Of a DNA stretch of 64,000 bases, positions 1 to 12,500 are shown in pieces (the first letter of the stretch is position 1; every line of letters starts with the position of its first letter). The translations under genes were made by a program, and so were the position numbers. Below the pieces are notes generated by a model that saw nothing but the letters and a program-made list of their open reading frames with translations, did not search any database and was not told the origin of the DNA. The stretch covers positions 124,001 to 188,000 of IMG/VR virus record IMGVR_UViG_3300020188_000808; one strand, 5' to 3'.

Positions 1-1
1 A

Positions 2-556
2 ACTTTACCACTGCCTCCAAGTAGTGATAACTTGTTTAACAGCTATGGTGGAGAAATTAATAAAATCAAGTCAATTAGTGACGAAGTGATTTATCATCCG
101 GTTAAGTACAAAGTACTGTTTGGAACAAAAGCAGAATCAAATATGCAGGCTACATTTAAGATTGTAAAAAACCCAGAACAAGTTGTTAATGACAACGATA
201 TTAAATCAAAAGTTATTACTGCAATCAATCAATTTTTTGCATTAGAAAATTGGGACTTTGGTGATACATTTTACTTTACAGAATTAAGCACATACGTGAT
301 GAATCAAGTGTCTCCAGACTTAGTAAGTTTAATTATTGTTCCTAAACAATCGTCACAGACATTTGGTAGTTTGTTTGAAATACGCGGTGAAGCAAATGAA
401 ATTTTTATTAGTGGAGCAACAGTTGACGATGTACAAGTTATTGACGCAATCACTGCCAGTAGAATACAAGCGACAGGAAATGTTGTAACAGCAACAAATT
501 CTAACACTACTAACGGAATTACAAGTGGCACTACGTATAGTAGTACATCTTATTAA
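2..556 (+). CDS. Baseplate wedge subunit (T4 gp6-like), C-terminal part; 5'-truncated by window
   Basis: Frame open from window start. C-terminal 'AINQFFALENWDFGDTFYFTELSTYV' resembles the end of gp6-like wedge proteins. Lies directly upstream of the baseplate/tail genes. Confidence 0.6.
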   Translation, partial: TLPLPPSSDNLFNSYGGEINKIKSISDEVIYHPVKYKVLFGTKAESNMQATFKIVKNPEQVVNDNDIKSKVITAINQFFALENWDFGDTFYFTELSTYVMNQVSPDLVSLIIVPKQSSQTFGSLFEIRGEANEIFISGATVDDVQVIDAITASRIQATGNVVTATNSNTTNGITSGTTYSSTSY

Positions 557-569
557 GGGGATAAGCTAA

Positions 570-3500
570 ATGGCTTTTAACGACAATCAATCTGATAATG
601 CTCTTCCAGTAGGAGCCAATCAGAATAAGAGAGCTAGTGTTGACCACTTACCTAAGTATTTTAGAACCGAATCAAATAAAAAGTTTCTTAGTGCTACACT
701 TGATCAACTTTTAAATCCAGGAGTTGCTGAAAAGATTTCAGCATACTATGGAAGACGTATTGCAAAAGCTAGAATTGCTTCTGATAATTATGTATCAGAT
801 ACATCAACTGATAGAGAAAATTATCAATTTGAACCTGCAACACTTATTCAAGACGAATTAGGTAATGTTAATTTTTACAAAGATTATAACGATTTTAAAA
901 ATCAAATTAAAGCATTTAACGGCACAGTTGATAATGATAGTGTTTTAAATAAACAAGAATATTATGCTTGGAACCCACACATTAATTGGGACAAGTTTAC
1001 TAACTACAGAGAATACTATTGGTTACCAAACGGACCAATCGGCATTGGCATCGTTGGCCAAGTTAAAGATATTACTAGTACGTTTACTGTTACTAGCCAA
1101 GATAATATTGATAACACAGCATATGTATTTTCGCCAGACGGTAAGACACAAAATCCTTCATTAAAATTATATAGAGGACAAACTTACACGTTCGAAATTA
1201 ATACTCCTGGAATGCCTTTAACATTTAGAACTGCAAGAAGTTTAGATGCTGAAGTATTGTATACTACAGGTATTGATGATAGTACACAAACAACTGACGT
1301 TGGTACTGTTACTTTTGAAGTAGACATAAATGCTCCAGACACGCTGTATTATATTAATGGTAACGATATTAATACTAGTGGATTAATTAAGATTTATGAT
1401 ATTGAAGATAACAGTTCAATAGACGTTGAATCCGAAATACTTGGTAAAAAAGAATATGTAATGTCTAATGGGTATTCGTTATCCAATGGAATGAAAGTAT
1501 ACTTCCAAGGCGAAGTAACACCTGCAAAATATGCACAAGGCGAGTGGTATGTTGAAGGTGTTGGAGACAAAATTAAATTAGTTTCAGAAGCGAATGTACA
1601 AATTCCTGGAACATATGCTACAGATAAACCAGTACCATTTGATTCAGAAAATTTTGATAGAGTTCCTTTTAGTAATGCAAACAGTTATGCAGGAACAAAA
1701 GATTACGTTTGTATGAATAGATCAAGTCGTGATTTAAATCCGTGGGCAAGATACAATAGATGGACACATAAAACTGTAATAGAAACTACAGCAACTATCA
1801 ATGGCATTGTTCCAGAAATTGATCAAACAAATAGAGCCAAACGTCCTATTATTGAATTTAATGAAAATATTAAATTACATGAATTTGGTACAGAAGCAAA
1901 AGAAAATGTAGATTTAATTGATACATTTACAACTGACGTCTTTAGTACTATTGAAGGTTCGTTAGGTTATAACATTGACGGTGTTGAAATTGCAGACGGA
2001 ATGCGTTTGCTATTTACAGCTGATACAGATTCGTTTGTTAAAAATAAAATTTTTAAAGTAAAATTTATTACTCATAATAATGTTAGACAAATTAGTTTAA
2101 TTAGAGTAGATGATACTGACCCATTACTAAACGAAGTAGTGTTAGTTGAAGCTGGTAATGTTAACAAAGGTAAAATGTGGTACTACAACGGAACTAAATG
2201 GTGTATTGGCCAAGAAAAAACAGCCACTAACCAAACTCCAATGTTTGATTTGTATGATAGTGTTGGATATAGTTTTTCTGATACTTTGTATTATCCAAGT
2301 TCAACGTTTGTAGGTAATAAACTTTTTAGCTATAAACAAGGTACAGGTACAAATGATGTTGAATTAGGATTTCCGTTAAGCTATAGAGCTTTAGAAAATA
2401 CTGGCGACATTGAATTTAATTTCAACTTATTAAACACTTTTCATACATACCAAAAAAATAATGCAGTAGTAAATGTAAAATCAGACAGCGGCACATTGCG
2501 TCAATATACTGATAGAGAAACATTTACATATGTAAGTGGCTGGACCAAAGGCAATGCAGAAAGTAAACAGTTAGTTAATAGACAATATATTGTAAGTACT
2601 CAACTTAATGATTTTGCTATTGATGTTTATGATCGTAGTGGAGACTTAAACGATCTTTGGACTAGAGTTTATGTTAATGATAAGCGTAAAACAGAAAATA
2701 CAGATTATACTATTAATAGAATTAACGGTGTAGCATATGTTACATTTGTTAACGACCTTGTTGAAGATGATACACTATTAATTAAAACTGATAGTGCTAC
2801 AAATAAAAATGCTAATGGTAGTTACGAATTTCCAATTAACTATGAACATAATCCTAAAAATGAAAATATTGATTCGTTTACATTAGGTGAAGTAAACGAC
2901 CATGTTGAAAGTATCACTGATTTTAGAGATGACTGGGCTGGATCTTTTCCAGGAACAAGTAATCTAAGAGACTTAGGAAACTTATCAGCATATGGTACTA
3001 GATTTACACAACATAGTGGATTAGCTAATCTTGCAGTATACCATCTAACAGATAAAACTGCAAATATTATTAAAGCACTCAAGTATGCTAGAAGTGAATA
3101 CGGAAAATTTAGAAGAACTTTTTTACAAGTTGCTGAAAACTTAGGGTTTGACGGTCAAACTAGAATACATTTTGATAAAGTAATACAAGAACTTAATCGT
3201 AATAAAACAAATGATATGCCGTTTTATTTTAGCGATATGATCGGACATGGAGTTAGTAATGTAATTACACATACAGTTACTAATGCTTCACAGGATTATT
3301 ATAGTTTATCAGCAGAGTTTAGTTTATCTAAATTATCAAATCAAGCAGTAAGTGTATATCGTAATGATGTATTGTTAGTACAAGGACAAGATTATATCTT
3401 TGAAACAGGATTTGAAGGCTTTGTAAAATTTTTAGCAGATAATACTATAAATGATATTATTACAATATACGAATACGAAAATACAGATGGATCATATATT

Positions 3501-6500
3501 CCTGAAACTCCAACTAAGTTAGGATTATATCCTGCGTACATTCCTGTTAAGTTTGTAGACAACACATATGGTGTTGATCAAAACGTAATTAGAGGACACG
3601 ACGGAAGTATATTTGTAGCTTATGACGACTTTAGAGATGATTTATTACTTGAATTAGAAACAAGAATTTATAATAACTTAAAAGTAAAATACGATCCAAC
3701 ATTATTTGATATACATGACTTTGTTGGAGGATCATTTAGAGATACTTCTATTCCTAAATGGGCTCTTGATAAAGGAATGATTGCAGAATTTATTGATTGG
3801 TTGTCAGTTATAGGTAATGTAGATTACACAGATTATTCTTTTTATGAACCAACTAATACTTTTACATACAACTATAGTGCAACAAATAATGGTGCCGGAA
3901 CAAAGAACTTAGGATACTGGAGAGCAGTTTACAAACAAGCGTTTGACACAGACCGCCCGCATACACATCCTTGGGAAATGTTAGGATATAGTGTAAAACC
4001 AACTTGGTGGGAAACACAATACGGTGCGGCTCCTTATACTAGCGAAAACATATTGTTATGGCAAGACCTTGAAGATGGAATTGCAAGAGAGCCAGGAGCT
4101 CCAGCAAAGTATTTGAAAAAATATAAAAGACCTAATCTTACAAAATGGATACCAGTTGATGATGCAGGACAACTACTAAGCCCGGTTGATTCTAACTATG
4201 CCCAAGAATTTGTATTAGGTAATACTAAGAACCCATTTAAATTTGGTGACGAAGGTCCAACAGAGTCAGCTTGGAGGAAAAGTAGCGAATATCCTTTTGC
4301 ATTATTAATTTCCTTAATCTTAAATCAGCCTAGTAAAGTATTAGGGCTTGGATGGGATAGAAGTAGAATCATTAGAGATAGTTCTGGTACTATTGTTTAT
4401 AGTACAACAGGAAAACGTTTAAGATTAGAAGATTTAGTATTTCCTAATACTACTAATGACGAAACCCGAGTAAACACATGTGGACTAGTAAACTTAATTG
4501 CAAACTATTTGAATAGTAAAGACATCAATGTGTATTCCAATTATCAAGCAAATGTAAAAGCTATTGACAATAAATTAGGAATTAAAATTGGCGGCTTCAC
4601 TGAGAAAAGTAAATTTAAATTAATACTTGATTCAAGAACACCGTACAATGAAGGTAATGTTTTTGTACCAGAAGAAAATTATCAAATTTTCTTAAACACA
4701 AGTTCTGTTACTGAGCTTGTATCGTATAGTGGTGTAATTATTGAAAAGAAACCTGAAGGGTTTGTTCTTAGAGGATACGATAAAGTTAATCCATACTTTA
4801 AATGGTTTACGCCAACTCCAAAAGCAGACGATCCTGTTGTTACAGTAGGTGGAATAAGTGAAGACTTTGTAATATGGTCTGAAAACCAACGATATACTGA
4901 CGGAGCAATAATTCAGTTTAATAATGAATTTTATGTTGCCAAAGGTGATCATATAACAGATACAACATTTGAGCAATCAAATTATCAAAAGCTAGTAACT
5001 CTTCCAGTTAAGGGCGGCCGTAGTGCATTCTTTAGACGTAACTTTAATACTGAATTAATTAGAGAACCAGCTGAACTTGCATACGGTACTATGTATAGAA
5101 CAATCCAAGAAGTAGTTGACTTTTTATTAGGATATGGCAAGTATTTAGAAAGCCGCGGGTTTAGTTTTAATAAGTTTAACGAATCAATTGGAGATGTAGA
5201 AAACTGGAGAGTAAGTGCTAAAGAATTTTTATTCTGGACAACGCAAGGTTGGGCCAATGATAGTGTTATTACTTTAAGTCCTGGCGCAAATGAATTAAAG
5301 TTTTCTAGAGAATATAATGTAGTAGACAATATTTTTGATACATTTTATGATTATAGCTTATTAAAAGCTGATGGTAAAAAATTAATTCCTGAATATGCAA
5401 GAGTTGCTAGAGATAAAGATAACGAGTTTACTTTACAAACTAGAAATACTGCTGATGGAATCTATAATGTTAGTATTCCGCTAGTACAAAAAGAGCATGT
5501 AGTGATACTTGATAATACAACAGTATTTAAAGATGTAATTTATGATCAAGCACCTGGCTATCGACAAGCAAGATTAAAAGTTATGGGATATCGAACTGAT
5601 GCCTGGACAGGCGGATTTAATATTCCAGGATTTATTTATGATAGTGCTAAGACTACAGTTTGGGAACCATGGACAGATTATGCTGTTGCTGATACTGTCA
5701 AGTATAAAGAATTCTATTATGTTGCAAAGGTAAAAATCCCAGGAACTAATGTGTTTAATAATACTGAATGGGAAAAATTAGAAGTACGTCCTGAAGCAGG
5801 ATTAAAAGCAAACTTGGATTATAAAGCAAAACAGTTTGGTGATTTTTATGATCTTGATACAGATAATTTTGATAGTGAACAACAGAAATTAGCACAACAC
5901 TTAATTGGATATCAAAAGCGTAAGTATTTAGAAAATATTATTAATGACGATGTTAGTCAATATAAGTTTTATCAAGGCTTTATTCAAGATAAAGGTACAA
6001 AAAATAGCTTAACTAAATTGTTTGATGCATTGTCTAATACAGATGCAGATAGCTTAGACTTTTATGAAGAATGGGCATTTAGATTAGGCCAGTATGGGTC
6101 GTCAACAGCGTTTGACGAAGTTGAATTTACTTTAGATGAATCACAATTTAGATTAAGTCCTCAACCAGTTGAATTAGTAGATACAATTTCAGGTAACGAA
6201 ACTGATCTAATTTATAGAATTCGACCATTTGAAACTTATTTAAAACCATTAGGCTATAATCATAAACCGTTTCCAACTAACGACATTCAACAAAACTTAT
6301 TACCAACAGCAGGTTATGTTAACCCTGAAGATGTAACATTGTCTATAGCAACCTATGACGATTTATTAACACAGTCAATAACTGCACTTAATGTTGGAGA
6401 TTATGTTTGGATTGGAAAAAGAGGAATTGAATGGGACGTTTTAAAATATATTAGAACTAATGACAGAGTTTTAGCTGTCCAAACATCATCAGTAACTGGA

Positions 6501-9500
6501 GTAGAAGAATTAGTCTTAACACTTAGTAGGCAGTCAAAATACACAGTTGACGAAATTGTCGGTGTAGTTGATGTTGCTGGAGCAGAAAAATTCTATAGAG
6601 TCAAACGTAACGAACTTGATACTTTAATTTGTTATCCAAACGGCGAAACTGAAGATGCTGAACTTGTTAATGGTTTTGTTACTAAGTTTAATTCTAATAG
6701 AACAGCTGGGTTTGATACTGCAAATTTATTACTATCAGACTATAACAATGATTTAAAAGTTGGCGAAACTATTTGGATTGATAAAGATATTGACAATAAC
6801 TGGCTAGTATTAAAAAATGATCCAGTGCATGTACAACAACAAACAATATCAAATGTTAAAACTAGTGATTCAAGTGTAGAGTTTGGAAAAGTAATTGCCG
6901 CTGACAGTAGAAATACAACACTTGCAATAGCAACACCAGGAAATAATGAAGTATACTTATTTGGCAGAACTACAGATACAGTTGACTTCAATCATTTACA
7001 AACTATTGAAGCTCCTGGATCGCTTTATTATGCCGGCAACGGTAACTTTGGTAAGTCAGTCGCTATATCCGAAGATGGTGAATTTTTAATAATTGGAGCA
7101 CCTCAAGCAAGTAATGTTAAAACATTATACAAAGGTCCGTTTTCAAATAGTGAAAATTATACAGCAGGCGACATTGTGTCCTACCAACAAGGAATATGGA
7201 AGGCAAACTACGATATTTCTGCGGCATCAGGCGCATTTAGTTTTAACAGTTATTATGCATCACATGATGTTGCAGTACCAACTTTTAAAGACGGAGCATA
7301 TCCAGAGACTGTATATGCAATCCGCGGCCGCTATAGCTTTGACGGTGCAACAGATCATATTTTAGTTAGAGCACCACTTAATCAATATACAGGATCATTG
7401 GCAGGCGATAAAATTAGTTTACAATGGAATCAATATTCTCAAAATTATCCAACTGGCATTTTACCATTTGGCGTTAACGGACCAGGTGTTGCAAGTTTTG
7501 AAGGACTCAAACCTATTGCATCTAAAATTGACGCAATTCTGTTTGTTGAAAATATATTAAGAATACCAGCAGTAGGAGACATTGTGTCAACTGATACTGC
7601 TATTGGTACAGTACAAGATATTATTATAAGCAATGTTAGTTCAGCAATGCTTTATATGACTGATGTTAATGGTGAGTTTGAGTCATCAGGAACCTTAATA
7701 ACAAATAGTGTTAGTATGGGAACATATGAAGCTGTTGAATTTACTAATCCTAGTTCGGCATTTGGCGGCTGGTGGAGAATTGACGGCATTTCTAGTTTTA
7801 CAACTACAGAAAAAGAAATTACAATTCCAAATATCGTTATTGGTGATATTGTACTAGCATCAGAAAGTCGTTCAGCAGAGATTACAGCAAATACAATGGA
7901 TGATGTTTATGCATTTAACCAAGATTTAGGAAATCCAACTAGAGGCGGAAAAATAGGAATACTAAGCCATTACGATAAACTTGGACTTCCTGTTACAGAG
8001 CCGTATTGGTTTATTAGATCTCCTAAAACTATTACAGATGGACTTAATGTAGCTGACACATTCCAAATGTCCATAAATCAAATTAAAGATAGTTTGAACA
8101 CAATTTATGATCCGTCAGTATTAGGACTATCGGTTAATTATTTAAATCAACCACACGTTGTTTATGATTTATGGGACGGATACATTGATATTACGTTTAC
8201 TAATTTTACACCTCCTCCGGTGCAAGTACCATACGTGCCTGTTGAAGGAGATATAGTAACAGAACCGTTTACTGGTGCTTATGCAGAAGTAGTGTATGTA
8301 CAAGAATCATTACTTGGTGCAAGAGTATTTGTTAAAAATTTAACAGGCACATTTAGTTACGGCAATCTACATGGTGCTACGGGTGATTTATATATTAGTA
8401 ACTGGCAAGGACAAGGGTTCAACAGATTAACAGGAAGAATGGAATCAACTGATTTAACAACCAGTTATTCAGGAAAGTATATTATTGTTAGAAATAACGA
8501 CAGTACATTACTACAAGTACAAAGTCCGTCATTTAAAAATGAAATTGAGTTCCAGTTTTATAAACAACAAACAATACTTGGCGCATCTCGTCCTGCAAAT
8601 ATTCCATCTCCGCTTAACAAAGAATATACACAAATACTTAATATACCAATTGATCCAGCAGACGGAATTGCAAGTTCATACAGCAATGAAGGAGCATACT
8701 TTGTTTATAATAAAACAGGTAGCGGAGAGTATAGCTTACAACGTGGATATACAAATTTACTAAGAGGCGATAATAAAAACTTAGGTACACAACTTGAAGT
8801 AACTAAACACAATAATTTATATACATTATTTGTAAGTGCTCCAGGTGACGGAACAGGTTCAAATCCAGGAAGAATACATTTTATTAAAAACGGATCTGAC
8901 GAACTTGGTGAATATGAATGGCAAGTTACACGTGATCCTTTATATAAAGGAGTATTTAGTGATGCTTCTCCATATTACACTAATGACATTGTACTTTATA
9001 ATAATCAGTTTTATCAAAGCATAACTAATCAAGTTGCATCAGCATTTTCAGCAAGTTGGAAATTACTTCCATTGCACACAGATTTCTTAGGACATGTTCC
9101 AAACACTAGCGGCTATCAACCAGATGGTGACAGTACGTTTGATAATGACGGTGGCACATTGTATAACTTTGCACATCCGTTTACAGTAAGTAAAAATGGT
9201 AGAGTATTAGCAACTGTTGCAGACTTTGAAAATGCAAGTCCTAAAATTGCAATTTATAGATTTGAAAACGGACATTTCGAATACACTCAAGTTATTAACA
9301 CTCCGGTAACATCTACAAAATATGCTTCAGCAATTTCGCTATCCGACGACGGCGAGTTACTAGCAGTTGGTGCACCACTTGATGATAGTGTATCAAATGA
9401 TAACGGAAAGGTTTATCTATATAAAAATAATGAAGGAATCTTTGAAGAATTCCAGTCGTTATTCAGCCCTGATAGTTCAGTAGCAGAACGCTTTGGCCAA

Positions 9501-12500
9501 ACAGTTGACTTTTCAGGTAATGAACTAATGGTATCATCACAAGGTGGTAATTTAGTTGACAATACTTCGTTTGATAGATATGAAGTTCCAATGGAACCGC
9601 AACCACAAACATACTTAGATGATAGTACACTAGTTACAGCACAATATGTTAATAATAAAGAATCGGATCTAGCATCTGAAACTACATTTGATAACAACTT
9701 AACACAGTTTAGTAAAGAAAACTTAGATTCAGGAGAAGTATTTGTTTATCAATATATTGGCGGATACTTATTATATGCAGAAAAATTAACATTTAACAAC
9801 AGTAATGTTGAACGCTTTGGAGAATTTATCCATGCGTCATCTAACCACATTTATGTGTCAATGCCAGAACTAAGTTCATCAAACACAGGTAATAACTTTA
9901 TTGGTACAGTGGTTGATTACAAACGTCAACGTAATGAACTTCCATGGTCGGGATATAGAAATCCAACTAAACAAGTTAATTTAAGTAAATTTAAAGGTGT
10001 GTTTATTTACAACAAAGACGGTAGTGGCACTTCAACTCAACTAGATTATATTGATGCAATCCAAGGAAAAATTGCTGGACCAGCTGAAGAAGAACTAGCA
10101 TTTACAACACCGTTTGATCCTGCAACTTATACTACAAGTGATCAAACAACTGTAAACGTAGATACAGAAAACTATTGGGCCGATGAACACGTAGGAAAAC
10201 TATGGTGGGATATTAGTACAGTACAATGGATAGAGCCATATCAAAGTAATATCATTTATAACACAGCTAACTTTAATAAATTAATGGTAGGTGCTAGTGT
10301 AGATGTTTACGAATGGGTTGAATCTACTTTAACTCCAACACAATGGTTGGCACTTGCAGATACTGAAGAAGGCCTATCAAGAGGTATAAGTGGAACTCCT
10401 AAATACGGAACAAACACTTTTGTAACTAAAAGATTGTTTAATAATGCAAGTTCTAAGTTTTATAATAGATACTACTATTGGGTTAAGAATACTAAAATTA
10501 TTCCAAACTTAGAAAACAGAAAATCAAGTGCATACGATGTAGCACAGTTGATTGAAGATCCAGCGGCACAGGGTTATAAGTTTGTTGCAATTTATGGTAA
10601 TAACAGATTTGGATTGTATAACTGTACTGGGTTAGTCGAAGAAGATAAAAAAGCAATTAACTTTAGATACTGGACAATTAAAAACCAAGATATTAATTCA
10701 CACAATCAATATCAAATTATAAGTGACGGATTACCAACTAGTAAACCTAAAAAAGACTTAGAACAGAAATGGGTTGATAGTTTAGTTGGTGTTGATGTTT
10801 ATAATAGACCAGTTCCGGATCCAGCATTAGCGTTTAAACAAAAATATGGAATTTTAAATAGACCTAGACAGTCTATGTTTAAAAATAATATTGAAGCTCT
10901 AAAACAAGTAATTGAACGCACTAACAGAGTATTAGCTGAACAATTAATTGTTGACGAATATAACTTTGACCAACTACTTTCAAAAGACCCAGCTCCGGAT
11001 CTTATTAGTTCTAAGTACGATGTAGAAATTGACACTTATTCAGAAATTAGTTTTGTTAATATTTCAAAAGTTAAACCAGCAACATTAACTCCAATCTTTG
11101 AAGAAGGAAAATTAATTAGAGTTGATATTACAAATCCAGGATCAGGATATATTACTGTTCCTACTTACGAGTTTGAACAAGTTGGCGATGGCGTAGATGC
11201 ACAAGTTATTTTAACACTTAATAATAGTGGGGGAATTGCTAGTGTAACAGTTAGAAATCCTGGCAAAAACTATTCTACTAATACAAACTTAGCAGTAAGA
11301 TTGTTTAGTGTACTTGTTAAGAGTGACGAGAATGTAGGCAATAAATGGTCAATCTTTGAGTATAATACTGCCAGCGAACAATATCAAAGAACTTCTACTC
11401 AATCATACGATGTAAGTGCTTGGTGGGATTACATTGACTGGTATGCATCAGGATACAGTAAGTTTACAGAAGTTGATTACATAATTGAACAAAGTTACTT
11501 ACTAACTTCATTAGATGACACACTTGGTGATATTGTAAAAATTAAAAACATTGGTGCAGGCGGATGGTTACTACTAGAAAAAATTAGTAATGAAGAAGCA
11601 AGTGACTATACAAGTAACTATAGAACAATTGGTAGAGAAAACGGAACTATTAAGTTTAAAGAGTCGTTATATAACTTTGCAATTAGTTATGTTGGATTTG
11701 ATGGATTAAGTTACGATACTAGTTTTTATGATAACCAACCAACTAGAGAATTACGTATTATCTTAAAAGCACTTAGAGACGATATTTTTGTTGATGCTTT
11801 AGAAGTAGAATACAATCAGTTATTCCTTGCAAGTATTAGATATGCATTTGCAGAACAGCCATTTGTTGACTGGGCATTTAAAACTAGCTTCATTAAAGCA
11901 AAACACAATGCTGGTGAATTACAACAAAAAGTTACATTCCAAAATGATAGCTTACCAAGTTATGAAGATTTTGTTAAAGAAACTAAACCTTTTAAAACAA
12001 AAATTAGAGAATATTTAAGTAACTACACTAAAACAGATTCAACCTCAAGTAGTATTAGTGACTTTGACTTTGCTCCACAGTATAATGAAGATACACAGAA
12101 AATTGAACCAGCTTCTGTTAAAGTTAAAGATAATTTAATTTACGGACAAGATGTATTATTAGATTCTTATCCAAACAAACATTGGGTAGACAATGTTGGC
12201 TTTGAAGTTACTAGTTGTAGTATTAGTGATAAAGGATTAGGTTACACAGAAATTCCTATTATTAAATTTGTTGGCGGCGGCGGCACTGGTGCTAAAGCAC
12301 TTGCTAAACTAGGATCAGGCGGAAGTATTGTAAACATTGAAGTTACAAATCCTGGAAGCGGGTATTTGTCAGCACCTGATATAGAAATTGAAGGTAGTTT
12401 ATCAACTGTTAACGAAAGCAGAATTGCTAAAGCATCAGCACAACTAGGTAATAGTAAAATTAGAGCTATGCACTTGCGTAGCAAGTTTGACCGTGTATCA